DNA of 63,814 nt, the filler included, from Octopus bimaculoides (taxonomy: Eukaryota): assembly GCF_001194135.2 (NCBI RefSeq). It is 5 parts of 4 records of this genome, joined end to end, with 100 filler letters (N's around TTAATTAATTAA, not from the genome) between each part and the next. Parts side by side here need not be neighbours in the genome. Positions count along the whole stretch, not along the records: positions 1 to 26,059 come from NC_068991.1; 4 more parts are not named here. The stretch is one strand, 5' to 3'. The notes beneath the pieces are model-generated. The model had not been told where the DNA came from. It made no database searches and saw only the letters and a program-made list of their open reading frames with translations. The translations under genes were made by a program, and so were the position numbers. The first letter of the stretch is position 1. Each line of letters opens with the position of its first letter. This document shows, one piece after another, positions 1 to 13,889 of this stretch.

Positions 1-197
1 CGTGCGGGTGACACGTAAAAGTACCCACTACACTCTCTGAGTGGTTGGCGTTAGGAAGGGCATCCAGCTGTAGAAACTCTGCCAAATTAGACTGGAGCCT
101 GGTGTTGCCATCTGGTTTCACCAGTCCTCAGTCAAATCGTCCAACCCATGCTAGCATGGAAAGCGGACGTTAAACGATGATGATGATGATGCTGATG
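1..197 (+). mobile_element. RTE 3'-end copy with (GAT)n tail
   Basis: Nearly identical to 62290-62479 (GAGTGGTTGGCGTTAGGAAGGGCATCCAGCTGTAGAAACTCTGCC...). Confidence 0.85.
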
Positions 198-270
198 ACA
201 TACACACTCACACATGTGCAGTTATATATAGCCGCACATGTATGAATACAAGTATGTGCATACATATACA

Positions 271-318
<48 letters not shown>

Positions 319-795
319 TAATTTTACCTTGGGAAGGTCAGTTTGCTAATATTTGTATGTATGTGTGTGTGTGTGTATGCGTGTGGATATTTATTTCCAT
401 TATTTCCTTGAGCAGAGTAAGGCTTACTATATCTGTTTCTTCTCGTTAATTAAGTGCATTGTATTCTTTTGTTTACCTCAGTACTTAATCTAATTAAATT
501 TAAGCATGTTCCTACTACAATATTTATTCTGTTTACATTTATAAGCAAGTCTGTTTTAAAAATGCCGAACCTCCATGTATGGAACCTAATTAAAGGTGCA
601 GTAATTTCATCACATTTGGTAAGAAATTGAATAAAGAAAATTTGATAGTGGTAGTTTTGAAATATTTGATTCAGACATTTGATAAAAATTAATTTGGTTC
701 ATAGTTCATTGTTTGTTTCAGATCAGATAAAGAGAAAACGGTAGAATTTAAATTGAAGCATTTGTAGATTGTAGATTATTTTATGCCGTTGCAGC

Positions 796-818
796 ATGGC
801 TTCTCCTGCTGCCAAGAG
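796..818 (+). CDS. Candidate start-codon exon (MASPAAKR...), exon 722-818
   Basis: Acceptor cattgtttgtttcag| at 721/722, Kozak-like AGCATGG at 793-799, donor AAGAG|GTAAGA at 818/819. No downstream exon assigned. Confidence 0.3.
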
Positions 819-2160
819 GTAAGAGACAAACATGAAGATATTTCTGGATGCATGCATGCACACACACACTCACACACACACACACACGACACGCATATAC
901 TTTTACACAAACATATGTACAGCCACATACACTCATGCATAAAAATGCATGCACACACACACATACCCACCACACATATAGACAGCTTCTTAAGAGCTTA
1001 TCACTTACTGAATTCAATCACAAGGCAATGATTGACTCAAGACCATAGCAGTAGAAACATGTCAAGCATGCCCTGCTCTGGGACTGAACCCAAAACCATG
1101 CGGTTACAAAGTGAACCTCATAATCACACAACCATGCCTGTACTGATTTGGGTGTGTCCCCTCGTTGTTTCCATGCCTACCTGTGCTGGCAGGAGTAGGA
1201 TGGAACTCTTTCACACAACATCCGATGGCTAAATGATTCTTCAAATGCTAACTCTCACTCATACTTGAGTAAGACTCTTTACTCCAGTGTTTCCTCAACC
1301 ACCATACACAACATTTGGTTTATGAGCCAACGTGTAATCATAATATATATATATAAGCTGAGCTTCTGTGCTGATTCTGTCCACCAAATTTGCTTAAAGC
1401 ATTGGTTAACCTGAGACTACGAAAGGAGACAATTGCTGAAAGGGCTGCACAGTGGTACTGCCCCTGGAACGACATGGCTGGAAAGTAAACGTTTTAGGCT
1501 CGCCTTCATATTCATGGTGATTGCTCCATCTTCACAGATGATTGCTATTTTCTTGGGTCTTGTTGTCAATAATGTTGTTACTCTCCATCCATGGCCTGCC
1601 TCTCAGATGACTCTTCACTCCTGTGGCAGATCTGCATGGCTGGAAGCATAGATGACAGATGAAAGTTATAACTTACTTGCACTTGCAACTGGTCAGGTTT
1701 GTGCACACCATCACTTCTCCATTGCCACAGGATTTTCAGCAGATGGAATGACGAAGAAGGTCACCATAAAGAGATGGCTGAGTGTCATTGGATTATTGTG
1801 GTAGACAATTGTACAACACTTGTACCACCCTCTGAGTCCGTAATGATCGGTCGAAATGAAGTGACCAGTAATCATGTGAAACCACAGGTTTTACATCAGA
1901 GTAGAAGGATAACTGCTGAGAGTCCCTTGCTCCCAGTGGTTTTACTACTGTGAGCACTGACACCAACAGATATGCTAATTAACCCATTACTGGGTCCCTG
2001 ACAAGTGCTACAGCTCTGGGTCTGTGTAAACCTGGGAACAACAGTGACTGAGATGTGGTTCCACACTCTTCAAAACACTGGAAGCCCCTGAAGCAGAGTG
2101 CCATTATTGGTGGCTGTTTAAAGTCATGCCCTCACTTGCACACAAAAACGTATGGCTTCT

Positions 2161-2208
<48 letters not shown>

Positions 2209-2448
2209 NNNNNNNNNNNNNNNNNNNNNNNNNNNNNNNNNNNNNNNNNNNNNNNNNNNNNNNNNNNNNNNNNNNNNNNNNNNNNNNNNNNNNNNNNNNN
2301 NNNNNNNNNNNNNNNNNNNNNNNNNNNNNNNNNNNNNNNNNNNNNNNNNNNNNNNNNNNNNNNNNNNNNNNNNNNNNNNNNNNNNNNNNNNNNNNNNNNN
2401 NNNNNNNNNNNNNNNNNNNNNNNNNNNNNNNNNNNNNNNNNNNNNNNN

Positions 2449-2490
<42 letters not shown>

Positions 2491-3064
2491 CACATGCATA
2501 CCATCATATGTGAGTGTGTGTATTTGTATGCCTATCCCCACATCTCTAAATTATATGTAAACACACACTCTCATAGACTTATTACATTCACACTTACATA
2601 AATATACTTGTATCTATGACTATTTTTCACCACACACACCATAACAAACCTGCACAATGTTAGTTTGAGTGATACTTTTGCATAGGGAAATTGATTGGAG
2701 GATGTGCTTCTATTGTAACCATTCATGTGCCTTAGTGATTTTCAAAAACTTTTTTTTCTTCAATAAACAGTAAAACATTAAACACAGTTGCATTTGTTAC
2801 AAACAATCTTGCTGATTTGAAAAGAATAAAATATATTAATAAATAATTACACTTCTGAATATAAACCCTTATTTCCATTTGAGGTGGTTCACCATATTTG
2901 TTTTCATTATTTCCTTTTCTATAGAAGAATGTAACAAATTTCTAACTATAAGGTCAACTAAAAGATACAGAGCCACGGTTACTTTCACTTTCATGCTATT
3001 GTTTTGATTTGCCAATCTTCAGATAAAAGCTGAAATGTATACACCCACATCTTCATGAACATAC

Positions 3065-3173
3065 AATAGTATAAAACTTTGAAGTTTGAAAACAATTCTC
3101 TAGATACTCTTGATAAGCTCTGCTGCCTTCATATTTTTCATATCGGAATAGAAAGCAAAGCAAAGCAACAGGC
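3065..3173 (-). CDS. Candidate internal exon, unknown protein
   Basis: Weak acceptor cactccag|, donor ACTATT|GTATGT. Phase 2 to 0 reading PVALLCFLFRYEKYEGSRAYQEYLENCFQTSKFYTI. Confidence 0.22.
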
Positions 3174-3704
3174 CTGGAGTGATTTTTACGTAACAAAGAA
3201 ATCATAAAAATGCAAATACAACATGCAAAGCTTAAGATGAAGGATCAATCAATATATTATTATTTTATAATTTTCATCGTCTTCATTAGTTGCATTCTGT
3301 GTATTTATGTTTTGATATTAGGCCGTGTGAAAAGTCAACAGGAATACAGACAGCTTTTCTTGGAGAAAAAAAACCCAAACTATTGATCTATTACTAACAA
3401 AGGCATTGTCAGGTTCTTGACTACAAAACCATGAATGAACAATGTTTCTTTGAAATCCTCAAACGTGTTGCTAGAATTATATTCACAGTGTTCTTGTTGT
3501 TGTTGCTGTTAGTGAGGTAGCAAGCTGAACAAAATGTCTATTGGCATTTCTTCCGGCTTTATATTCTGAGCTCAAATTCTTCCAAAGTCAACTTTGGCTT
3601 TCGTCCGTCTGGGGTCAATAAAATAAGTACCAGTTGAACACTGGTGTCATTGTCATCAACATCACTCTACCCCCAAATTTCAGGCCTTATGCCAATAGTA
3701 GCAA

Positions 3705-3729
3705 TTATTATTATTAATTATTATTATTA

Positions 3730-3790
<61 letters not shown>
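3705..3790. repeat. (TTA)n microsatellite (SINE tail)
   Basis: Direct reading. Confidence 0.95.
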
Positions 3791-3791
<1 letters not shown>

Positions 3792-5180
3792 GGTAGCAAG
3801 CCGGTAGAATTGTTAGCATGCTGTACAAAATGCTTTGTGGTATTTTGTCCATCCATATATCTGGGTTCCAATTCTACCATGGTTGACTCTGCTTTTCCTT
3901 CTTTTGGGGGTCATTGAAACAGGTCTCAGTTGAGCACTGAGGTCAGTGTAATCAATTTGTCCCATCCACCACAATTGCAGGCCTTGTGTCTGTAGGCGAA
4001 AGGATTATTATTATTATTATTGTTATTAAGGTGGTGGGCTGGTAGATTTGGTAGTGTATCTGACGAAATGCTTAGTGGCATCTCTTCTGGGTTCAAATCC
4101 AACCAAAGTCAGCATTGTGGTTGCAAAGTAAATTGTTTAACCACACAACCATGTTGTTTTGTGGTTCACTTCCATTGTCTAGCACTTTGGCCAATTGTCT
4201 TCTGTTCTAAGCCTGTGAGTCCCTTTTGAGTAAATTTGGTCAATGGAAACAGTATGGAAACCCATCAGATTTGTGGGTGTTGGTGTGCTTGACAAGCGGT
4301 GTCAGAGTATTTATCTTCCTGTCACCTAGCAGTTCAACCCCCACTCAAAAAAACCCCCAACAAAAACTGCTTCTGTTTCTGTTCTGCTTCATGTTCTTGA
4401 TTGACGAGGCTGGAATCATCTCAGGTTAGTGGTTCCAAAGACATCATCATATGAAGAGCCAACCAGGTCTACTAGTGTTCACCATCACTGGCAGTCCTGT
4501 GCCAGCCCCCTCCACATTTAAGAAAAATAAAATAAAATAAAATGAAATAAAATAAAAGTGACTTATAAATTAAATACAAGTTTTAGAAGAGGTATAGTGG
4601 CAAATTTGAATGATTAAACCATTTGAAGTGGTGCTTCAGCATGGCCACGGTCTAATGAATGAAACAAGAGTAAAAATATAGCTGCTGTTGTTGTTGTTGT
4701 TGACTGGAAGATTTTAGCACAAATTCATTTTCTTGTTGTTGTTGCTGTTGTTGACATGGAAGATTACAATACAATCTCATTGTGCAATGTGTAGACACCA
4801 GTGGAAATCATTTTCTTTTGCACAATGTGCTGTGGGAAAGAATACAATCAACTCTTTTACTGGTGTCCTAAATTCTATTGTATCATGCAGTGAGTTTGCA
4901 AGTGTCCATCTCCCCCCATATCGGAAGTACACAAAGCCACCGATTATTGATTGAATTATGGTGTAAATACACCACATTTCTTTTTGTTCTCTTATGGTTT
5001 TTATTTCTCAGGGGAAAAGAAAACAAAAAATCAAAAACAAAAACGAAAGGAAATTTGAAAATCATACATCCTGAATTGATTTTGGTAGAATGGAGAAATG
5101 GGGTCTGTGTCATCTCACCTTAGCACTTAAGCCAGCAAAGTAATTTTTTGTTCAGCTGTGTTGTGATATATCTAAAAATG

Positions 5181-5182
<2 letters not shown>

Positions 5183-5276
<94 letters not shown>

Positions 5277-5286
5277 TGTGTGTGTG
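5183..5286. repeat. (TG)n microsatellite
   Basis: Direct reading; one of dozens of (CA/TG)n, (TA)n and (GA)n tracts. Confidence 0.95.
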
Positions 5287-5577
5287 GCAGGTGATATTCA
5301 GTTTAGAAAAGAAATTATATTTATTGACTTCGCATATCTGAGCCTTTCTTTTAAGCAAAATATTGGATTCTTGTAAAAAAAAAAAGAAAATATGTAGGTA
5401 GTTTGGCAAAACTTGTTGAAACTAGTAAGTTTACATTTGATGTGTACCCCAATTGTAATTCCATTACAGAATGGCAGATAAGAAAAACTTTATTAGACCT
5501 TGTATTAACAAAAAAGTTAATGGAAGAAAACAAAATCATACACATATAAATACATACACATAAATACAAATACACTG

Positions 5578-5629
<52 letters not shown>

Positions 5630-6181
5630 TCATTTCTGTTTACTGAACTATTGAACTGTTTTTTATCTCAGAAATGAATTACTCAGGAAACCATCTTGAA
5701 AAAAATAGATAGATATGTGGGATCAATTTTAAATATATTTGGATGCTAATATCAGAAAGAAATGTAAATCTGAACGTATCTACATTTCTGTTGCTTTTCA
5801 TTTTTACTCCAATTGATGTTTTTTTTTTCTTGTATGATTTGTTAATACACCCAGAATAATACTTTTTGAATGCAGTGTAGCTACCATCCAAGAGCCAAAT
5901 TTTGAGGTGAAGCAAAAAAAAATGTTTTTGTAATTGTTGAAAAAACAGAAAGGAGTTCCAATCTTCAGTAGTTTTTGTGCTATTAAAGAATGGATTCTTT
6001 GCTGTCAGCAGTGTATTACATCCACTTTTTCAAGCTGATGTAAACTGGATGATTCTTCTGAGTCACTGTTTTGTGCCAGATGCCCTTCCGTTCACCAAAT
6101 TTCTTGGCCATCTCTTATATAATATTGGCCACTCAAGAAAGAAATGGATGAATTAAGAGAACCCTTTTGAATGTGTCTTAC

Positions 6182-6242
6182 TGCATGTAGGCATGCAACA
6201 TATCTATTTCAAAACCTGGATTCAGACAGGATAGAATGGAGG
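6182..6242 (-). CDS. Candidate internal exon, unknown protein
   Basis: Acceptor attttcttgcttcag|, donor ATGCA|GTAAGA. Phase 1 to 2 reading SILSCLNPGFEIDMLHAYM. Confidence 0.25.
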
Positions 6243-6538
6243 CTGAAGCAAGAAAATATCCGCCAATCAATTAAAAAGACTGAACAAAACCAATGGCGCC
6301 AGATTATTTCTGTCATTATATTTGATATATAAGGTGTGAAAGACAGCAGCAGTACATAACAAACTGGGTGGCTTTGAAATGAAATGTACTTGTTCTGTAT
6401 GGAAAGAAAATTCTGTGGATAAAAAAAATATTATTTGCAAAGTCTTATATAATCAAGTTTAATATAACAACACTGTTTAATTGATACATGATAGATGCCA
6501 AAGAATTTTTGTTATTTTCCATTTATATTTAATTTCTG

Positions 6539-6576
<38 letters not shown>

Positions 6577-7798
6577 AATTTGTTACTTTTATGAGTTTTA
6601 TTTTATACAATCAGTAGGTGGTGATAATTGCCTTATATCTATATTGATTTTTTTTTTTTTTGCTAAACTTCAAAGCAATTATAAACGTAAATAAAAAATA
6701 ATACAAACCTTTATAGATTACAAAAAGAAATTTTGTACACAAATATAAAACAGAATTATGTATAGTGAAACAATCATGTATTCAATTTGTTAATTTCATT
6801 TGATTGCTGCTTTTACCAATGTGTGTGCACCTACATTTGTCTAGTTTCTCCCTAACAAAATCAAAATTTCTGTTCACTTAAGCTAATCACTGGCTTTGTT
6901 GATTATGCTGGGTGTGGGAAACTTTTTTATTGTTTTTCCATTTTACCTCATCTTAGTATTTTCTCTTTCTCTCTATTTTTTTTTTCTTAAACGATTTGAA
7001 ACTTGTATTGTATTATTTCTAAAGTAATTGTTAAGCTAATAGTTTATTGAGAACTAAAACATTCACACACTCTTCACAATTTTATAGTGCTGCCTTCAAT
7101 ATAAGTGCCATTCACTTGTTTTTTTTTTCTAATCCACATGAAAGAGACTTAAAAAAAAATCTATCAAATTTTCTCTGTATTTCTTTAATCAGTACCATGC
7201 CTCTCTCTCTCTCTCCTCTCTCTCTCTCTCCTCTCTCTCTCACACTCCTCTCCCTTACACTCCTCTCCTTCACACTCCTCTCTCTCTCTCGCCTCTCTCT
7301 CACTCTCCTCTCTCTCACTCTCTCCTCTCTCTTTCCTCTCTCTCCTCTCTCTCACTCTCACTCTCCTCTCTCTCCCCCTCTCTCAGTCTCTCCCCCACAT
7401 ATGCATATCATTTATTTCGTTTGACTCCTGGTTATTTTTCAAATAATCTCCACTTTCTAAAATTTTCAAAAAGGCTTTCTGTTTTTGCGCAAATATTTTA
7501 ATTTGTATTTATGAAAAACATCAACTAAATTGCCAAAACATGTGAGAGATCTACATGGAGCAGTTCTAGGGCCCTGATAAACCTACATCATAGCAAGAAA
7601 CTCAAAAAAGGGCAGCAACATTGAACTCCATCTTTCACCAAAAGTCAATCACAAAAGAATGACCATTAAACGAGTGATAACGTTAGTGGTGATCCAGCAT
7701 GGTCACAGCTTTTGCACTGAAATGCAAAGTCTGTTTATTCCCTTCTTTCTAATTTAGGCACAGCCCCTGAAATATTAGTGAAAGGGATTAGTTATTGC

Positions 7799-7950
7799 TA
7801 TTGATCCCAGTACTTGACTAGTATTTTATTTTATTTTATTGATCCCAGTACTTGACTAGTATTTTATTTTATTTTATTGATCCCAGTACTTGACTAGTAT
7901 TTTATTTTATTGATCCCAGTACTTGACTAGTATTTTATTTTATTGACCCC
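7799..7950. repeat. Minisatellite, 4 units of 38/38/33/33 nt inside a Meta-like SINE
   Basis: TATTGATCCCAGTACTTGACTAGTATTTTATTT starts at 7799, 7837, 7875 and 7908. Confidence 0.9.
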
Positions 7951-10537
7951 CAAAGGAGGAAAGACATAATTGACCTGATCAAGGTTTGAACTCAGGATGC
8001 AAAGGGTCAGAAGAAATACTATTGAACAGTTTTCTTGTCACTCTAAGAGTTTTGCCAGCTTGTCACTTTGGTGAGTTTAACCAATGAAAATAAAGGTCAA
8101 AGGGAAAAATTAATAAACTGAAGGTCAAAGAGAATGTCACAGTTTTGGCTAAGAAAAAATATTTAATTTCATTTAAATGCCACAGGTAAATAAAGTAATT
8201 AAATAATATTTTACACTGCTCATTAATTGACAATACATGTCTTGTATACAATGGCAGCACAATTTGTTTAATAGTAGTACATACATCTGGAAAAAAATGG
8301 AAAAGAAAATATCTTTGTATGTATGTGAGAAAATAAAATTGCTTAGAAAAATATGTCAGATTTGATGCAGAGGAATAAATATAATTTATGTTAGTCCTTC
8401 TCGGAGCTTCTTTAACTCTTGACATCTTGTTCAAAATCATCTAAGTCCCAAATCTAGTTCTGTAATGATTTCATTACAGAACAGAAATGAATCTTTTCTA
8501 ACCTAACGTACTAGGCCCGAAATTTTTGGGGAGGGAGCCAGTCGATGAAATCAATTCCAGTACGCAACTGGTACTTAATTTATTGACCCCGAAAGGATGA
8601 AAGGCAAAGTTGACCTTGGCGGAATTTGAACTCAGAACATAAAGGCAGACAAAATAGTGTATGTCTTTTCTTCTTTCTGGCATAGTGTTTCTAGGACTAT
8701 ACTATCACAGTTCTTTTTCAAGATAATAGGAACTTGAAGGAAATTGAGCTGTTCTTTCTAGCAGATTGAGTGACCCATTAGAGACTCACTTATTAAATTG
8801 TATTCTATTAAGTCTGCAAAATATATTTCCTTCAAGATGATCCAAGATTTGAATACAAATGGATATGAACTTTCTTTTCTAGTTGTTTATCTTCCCTTAA
8901 TCTCCATCTCATCTGTTCATTCCCATGTCCTTCACATTGAAATCGTTATGAAGAAGAATTGAGGATTGTCGCAACAGTTACAAGGAACACATTTTCCTTG
9001 TCTAATAAGAGCTGGAAATAACTCATCCATTATCAAATGAAGCATCCTCTTCATCATCCTTCTGATGCATCTCCTCTTCATCCTTGTCAACATCTTCATC
9101 AACATCATTATATATCTGTTTGTCCATGCTGGCGTGGGTTGGATGGGTTTGTCATAAACCTTCATTACTTGATGCACATGAAGAGAAAACTGCCAGTCTG
9201 TCTTTTGGGGGTGTGGGATGAGATGCCCTTCCTATTGCAACTTGTTACTATTTAGGGGTATATCGTAGAGTCACTGGCACTAGAAGAAGCCACTGTCGAG
9301 GTTAAAGCATCTCTGCTATTCTGTATCAGGTTTTGGTTGGGGCTGCATCTCTCCTAGATGCTTTACCAATGCTGATCTTACAGTCTTCATTTCCCCTATG
9401 TAATAATGGCATAACCGTTCCTGTATACATTATTCTATTTGCTTTGAAGCACCCTGCTTCCTAGTTGGGTTACCTTCACTACTGTTAAGAAACCATCGTC
9501 AACTCTCATCTCTTGCGGCACATATAAAAATTTAGTGGTGCATTGCAGTAAATTTTGATGCAATGTTGATTTCAAGATGGAATCATTCCATTCTAATTAT
9601 ATCCTCTCTAGAACTATTAAAAAGAACCATAAACGCCATAGCTTTGTATTTTAACACTGAATCAAATCACAAGCATTGTACCTTTGTAAAAATAAAAAAA
9701 AAACAAAAACAATCCCTGTCACTATTATCTCTTCTCGTTATTTCATATCGTCTATAATAATTCTCATTTATCCATTTGAAAGTGAAAATTAGTCTGACTA
9801 CAAAAAATAATTACTATTCATGTTGACCGAGTGGTGACAGAGAGGTGGGTTCAATGATTCAATCAGCTGCAGAACATTACAAGTACTTAATTTTATGGAG
9901 CTCAGTGTAATGAAGAACCAGTCAACCCCGCTGAGGTATGAGCAGAATGTAGAAAGTGATAAACAAACCAAAAAAAAAAAAAAAAAAACCCCATAGATTG
10001 TCAGGATTCACTTCAGTCAATAAGCCTTTTTTTTATCCCAAATTTTATTTCAGCAGTTATTTTGTTTTTCCATTATTTCATTCTAAAACATTCAGCTAAT
10101 TGTTTTGATAATCTACAAAGTTCTGCTTTGTTTATTTTCGTTTTGAAATTTGTTTATTTTGGCACTTCTTACCCACTCTTTAGACTGACTGCTTGCTTCA
10201 TCTGCTTGTGGTGGTGGTGGTGGAGGACCCAATGAAATACTCTGCTGTCTTTTAAGATATTTATTCTAAATTAAATGGCAATGTGCTCTGGTTTTATTTT
10301 TGCAGATCAATTCGAGTAAAAAGATATTTTGTATCAGGAAAGCCTTGAGCTATTTACAATTACCTTATCCTTCCTTCCTTCCTTCCTTCCTTCCTTCCTT
10401 CCTTTGCAATCCTTCTACAAAACACTGGAGTACTTAACTAGTCTTTATTATTTTTGTCTAATCTTTATTCTTATTTTATCTTCTTCTTCTTCTTCTACTT
10501 CCTCTTCCTCCTCCTGATACTGCTGCTGCTGCTGCTG

Positions 10538-10636
<99 letters not shown>

Positions 10637-11165
10637 TTGGCGCAAGACCAGTGAGTTTAGCGGAAAGAGTTTAGTCAATTATATCAATCCCAGAACTTGA
10701 CTGGTGCTTTATTTTATCAGCCCCTGAAGGATGGAAGATAAAGCTGACCTTTGTGGGATTTGAACTTGGAATGTAGAGAGCTGGAATAAATGGTGCCAAT
10801 TATTGTTTTCAACTCTCCTACAATCTACCATCTCATTGCACTAATGACGATGATGATGATGATGATGGTACCAGTACTAATAATAATCCTTTCTCCTATA
10901 GACACAATAGCTCAAATTTGGTGGGAGGAGGCCGGTCAATTTACATAGTCCCTGGTGCTTGACCGCTTCTTAATTCATTGAGTTTGAAAGGATGAAAATC
11001 AATGTTGATTTCGGCTGAGTTTGAACCCAGAACGTTAAGCTGTACAAAATATCAGCGAGCATTTTGTCAGGTGTACGAACGGTTCTTTTCTACTATAGAC
11101 ACAAAACCTCCCCTAGCTACTATGCCATAGGTATGGATATGAGGTTTTGGGTGCTTGGTACCAAC

Positions 11166-11280
11166 ATACACCAGAAAAGGTAATGGATGAAAAGGAGAAA
11201 GCAAGAATCCTCTGGGATTTTGATTTCCAGATGGACAAGGTGTTAGAGCACTGAAGGCTGGATAGAGTAACCTTTAGGAG
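11166..11280 (+). mobile_element. R4/Dong-like LINE remnant
   Basis: HTPEKVMDEKEKARILWDFDFQMDKVLEH*RLD resembles the pre-RLE P-E-K-V...ILWDF..QTD...RRPD block. Confidence 0.5.
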
Positions 11281-11863
11281 GGACAAACAAGATTTACTCA
11301 GTCACAGATGACGACGACCTGGGGCTAAACAAGAACTGCAGCAGTCACGTTAATAGAGTTTATGAAAATGAGTAATAGTTATGCTAATTAGCGTTTACTA
11401 GCGTGCTGAGACATCAAAACATTAGAACAGTAATGTATACAATCATAGAAGTAGATTGATATATGGATTTCTGTTTCAATACCATGTTGGCTTCTTAATT
11501 TACCTGAGGTTTTCTGGTTTTTTTTTGTTTTTTTTGCGAAAGCAATTTGGAGAGAAATTCATAGAAAGGCATGTTAGCTTTCAATACAAAGAAGGAATTA
11601 TTTCGTTTCGTCTATTTGGAGACCTTTTGATAACGGCGCTAAGCTGATATGGAAGCAGAATGTAACGGGTATAATTCAGCATTTAATAACAGACCCCTTA
11701 AGACATCTGAGAAGTGTTTTTTTTCCCTCTGTATGTTTATACTGTGTAAACATGAAAGAGTGACTGGGGTTCTTTCCAGCATTGCCCCAAATATCTTTCC
11801 TTTGAAAAACTTTTCTTGTGTTTACCAGCTTAAAATAGCTGGAGCATTAAAGATAATAATAAT

Positions 11864-11899
<36 letters not shown>

Positions 11900-12126
11900 A
11901 ATAATCATTACTCCTTTCTATAAAGGCACAAGGCCTGAAATTTTGGGGGAGGGAACTAGTTGGTTACATCAACCCCAGTGTTTCACTGATACTTAATTCA
12001 TCAACTCCCCGAAAGGATGAAAGGTAAAGGCGACCAGGGTGGAATTTGAACTCAAAACGTAAAGACAGTCGAAATGCCACTCAGCATTTTGTCCAGCCTG
12101 CTAATGATTCTGCCAGCTTTCCACCT

Positions 12127-12196
<70 letters not shown>

Positions 12197-12220
12197 AGTG
12201 GTGGTGGTGATGATGATGAT
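12127..12220. repeat. (GAT)n microsatellite
   Basis: Direct reading. Confidence 0.95.
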
Positions 12221-13414
12221 TTCAAATTTTTGGCACAAGGCCATCGACTTTGGGGAAAGGAGTAAGTCAAATACATTGACCCTTAGTGATTAGCTGATAC
12301 TTCATCATCCCCCAAATGGATGAAATGCAAAGTTGAACTTGGCAGAATTTGAACTCAGAACATAAAGATTGATGAAATACTGCCAAGCATTTTGCCTAGT
12401 GTGCTTACAATTCTGCCTGCTTGCCACCTTAGATAATAATTATAATGATAATAATGATAATGATAATCATAATAATAATAATAATAATAAAAATAATAAT
12501 ATTGATAATGTTAACGATAATGATAATAGTAACAAAATAATAATGATGATGATGATGATGATGGTCATTCCTGCAGATTTTGATATATGAGTATCCTGTG
12601 GTAGATTTGTTCGACTAAAACCCTTCAAGGCGGTGCTCCAGTATGGCCACAGTCAAATGACTGAGACAAATAATAATAAGACAAAATACATAAATAAATG
12701 TAACACATTATGACAACTGTTTCAAATTTTAGAACAAGGCCAGCTATGTTTAGTAGGATGAGGTTAGTCTATTCGATCAGTCAGCAGGATTTGAACTTAG
12801 AATGTAAAGATCATGTACAGAGCCAGAAAAAACTAATGCCTAACGTTATATTATTATCCTGTTAGAAATTTGAGTGATGTTTCTCTGTCCATTACATTTT
12901 TATGTTCGTTAACTCCTACCAGATCGTTGGTGCAAGGACAATGAAACTCAAACCAGCAACTCTCTTAATCTCAGGGAATTTCCTAAGCAGGGGCTATCTT
13001 TTTAAGGGCCGCCTAATTGGAGCCCCACTGAACCCTGCTCCCTATTTTTTCCTGCATTTCAAACTAAATACATGGCATTAACGACCAAATTGGAGCAGTG
13101 ACAATGAATTTCATACCATGAACTCCCAGCGGGTATCGTAAGGAGGTTCAATTTCTGAAAGGCTGCATAAATGGGGCCCCACTGACTGACCTTCCCTGCC
13201 TTATTTTTACTGCATTTTCGTTACTCCTACACTTATTTGCAGAAATAAGTTTGGCCATTCTAAATACCTTCATGTGCATTCAATTCGAGATAAAGAGTTA
13301 TAACGAGTGTGGTAGTGTGGACATGAAACTTATGTCTTGTAACAATGCAAACAAAAGATGAAAGGGAAAGAAAACAGATAACGAAAGCAAAACAGCCAGA
13401 ACCTAGGACTACTA

Positions 13415-13449
<35 letters not shown>

Positions 13450-13889
13450 AGTGACAGTAGTTGTAAAAATATTAATTGTTGTATGCAAAGAGCAGAGATT
13501 GAATGAAATATATATATATCTGTATATTTATGACACTTGATGAATTGGAACAATAAATGTAGTAATTATTAATTTATTTAATGGCAAATCAATATATTGG
13601 AAATTTAAGATTTGATATCTCAAAGAGAAATTGTTTTGTATATTTTGATTAATTACTCTTGGAACATGAAACGAATATATTTATTTATATATTTGTACGT
13701 TAACTGTCAGAGCATTTTTTTGGGGTTTTTTTTGTTTTAATTGCAAAATACAAGCTAAAAGTCAATGCAGATAGAGAGGGCATGTGGAATAAAGTATGGA
13801 ATTGGTCAAGAGTGAACAGCATGAGATGGAAATAGGATGGACAAAGTTGAAGAAACCTTAACAGCTCTGCTGACACCAAGAGGATTATT

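Larger units (their letters stand above)
10630..12430 (-). mobile_element. Cluster of four co-oriented Meta-like SINEs separated by trinucleotide tails
   Basis: Copies at about 10630-10830, 10885-11090, 11910-12125 and 12215-12430, each abutting (TAA)n, (CAA)n or (GAT)n. Confidence 0.75.

Noticed and set aside
7799-7950. CRISPR-like array of 33-38-nt repeats
   Set aside because: No unique spacers, no cas genes, eukaryotic context, and the repeats derive from a SINE.
9030-9120. Acidic peptide DVDEDVDKDEEEMHQKDDEED on the minus strand
   Set aside because: It is the decayed (GAT)n tail of an adjacent RTE 3'-end copy.
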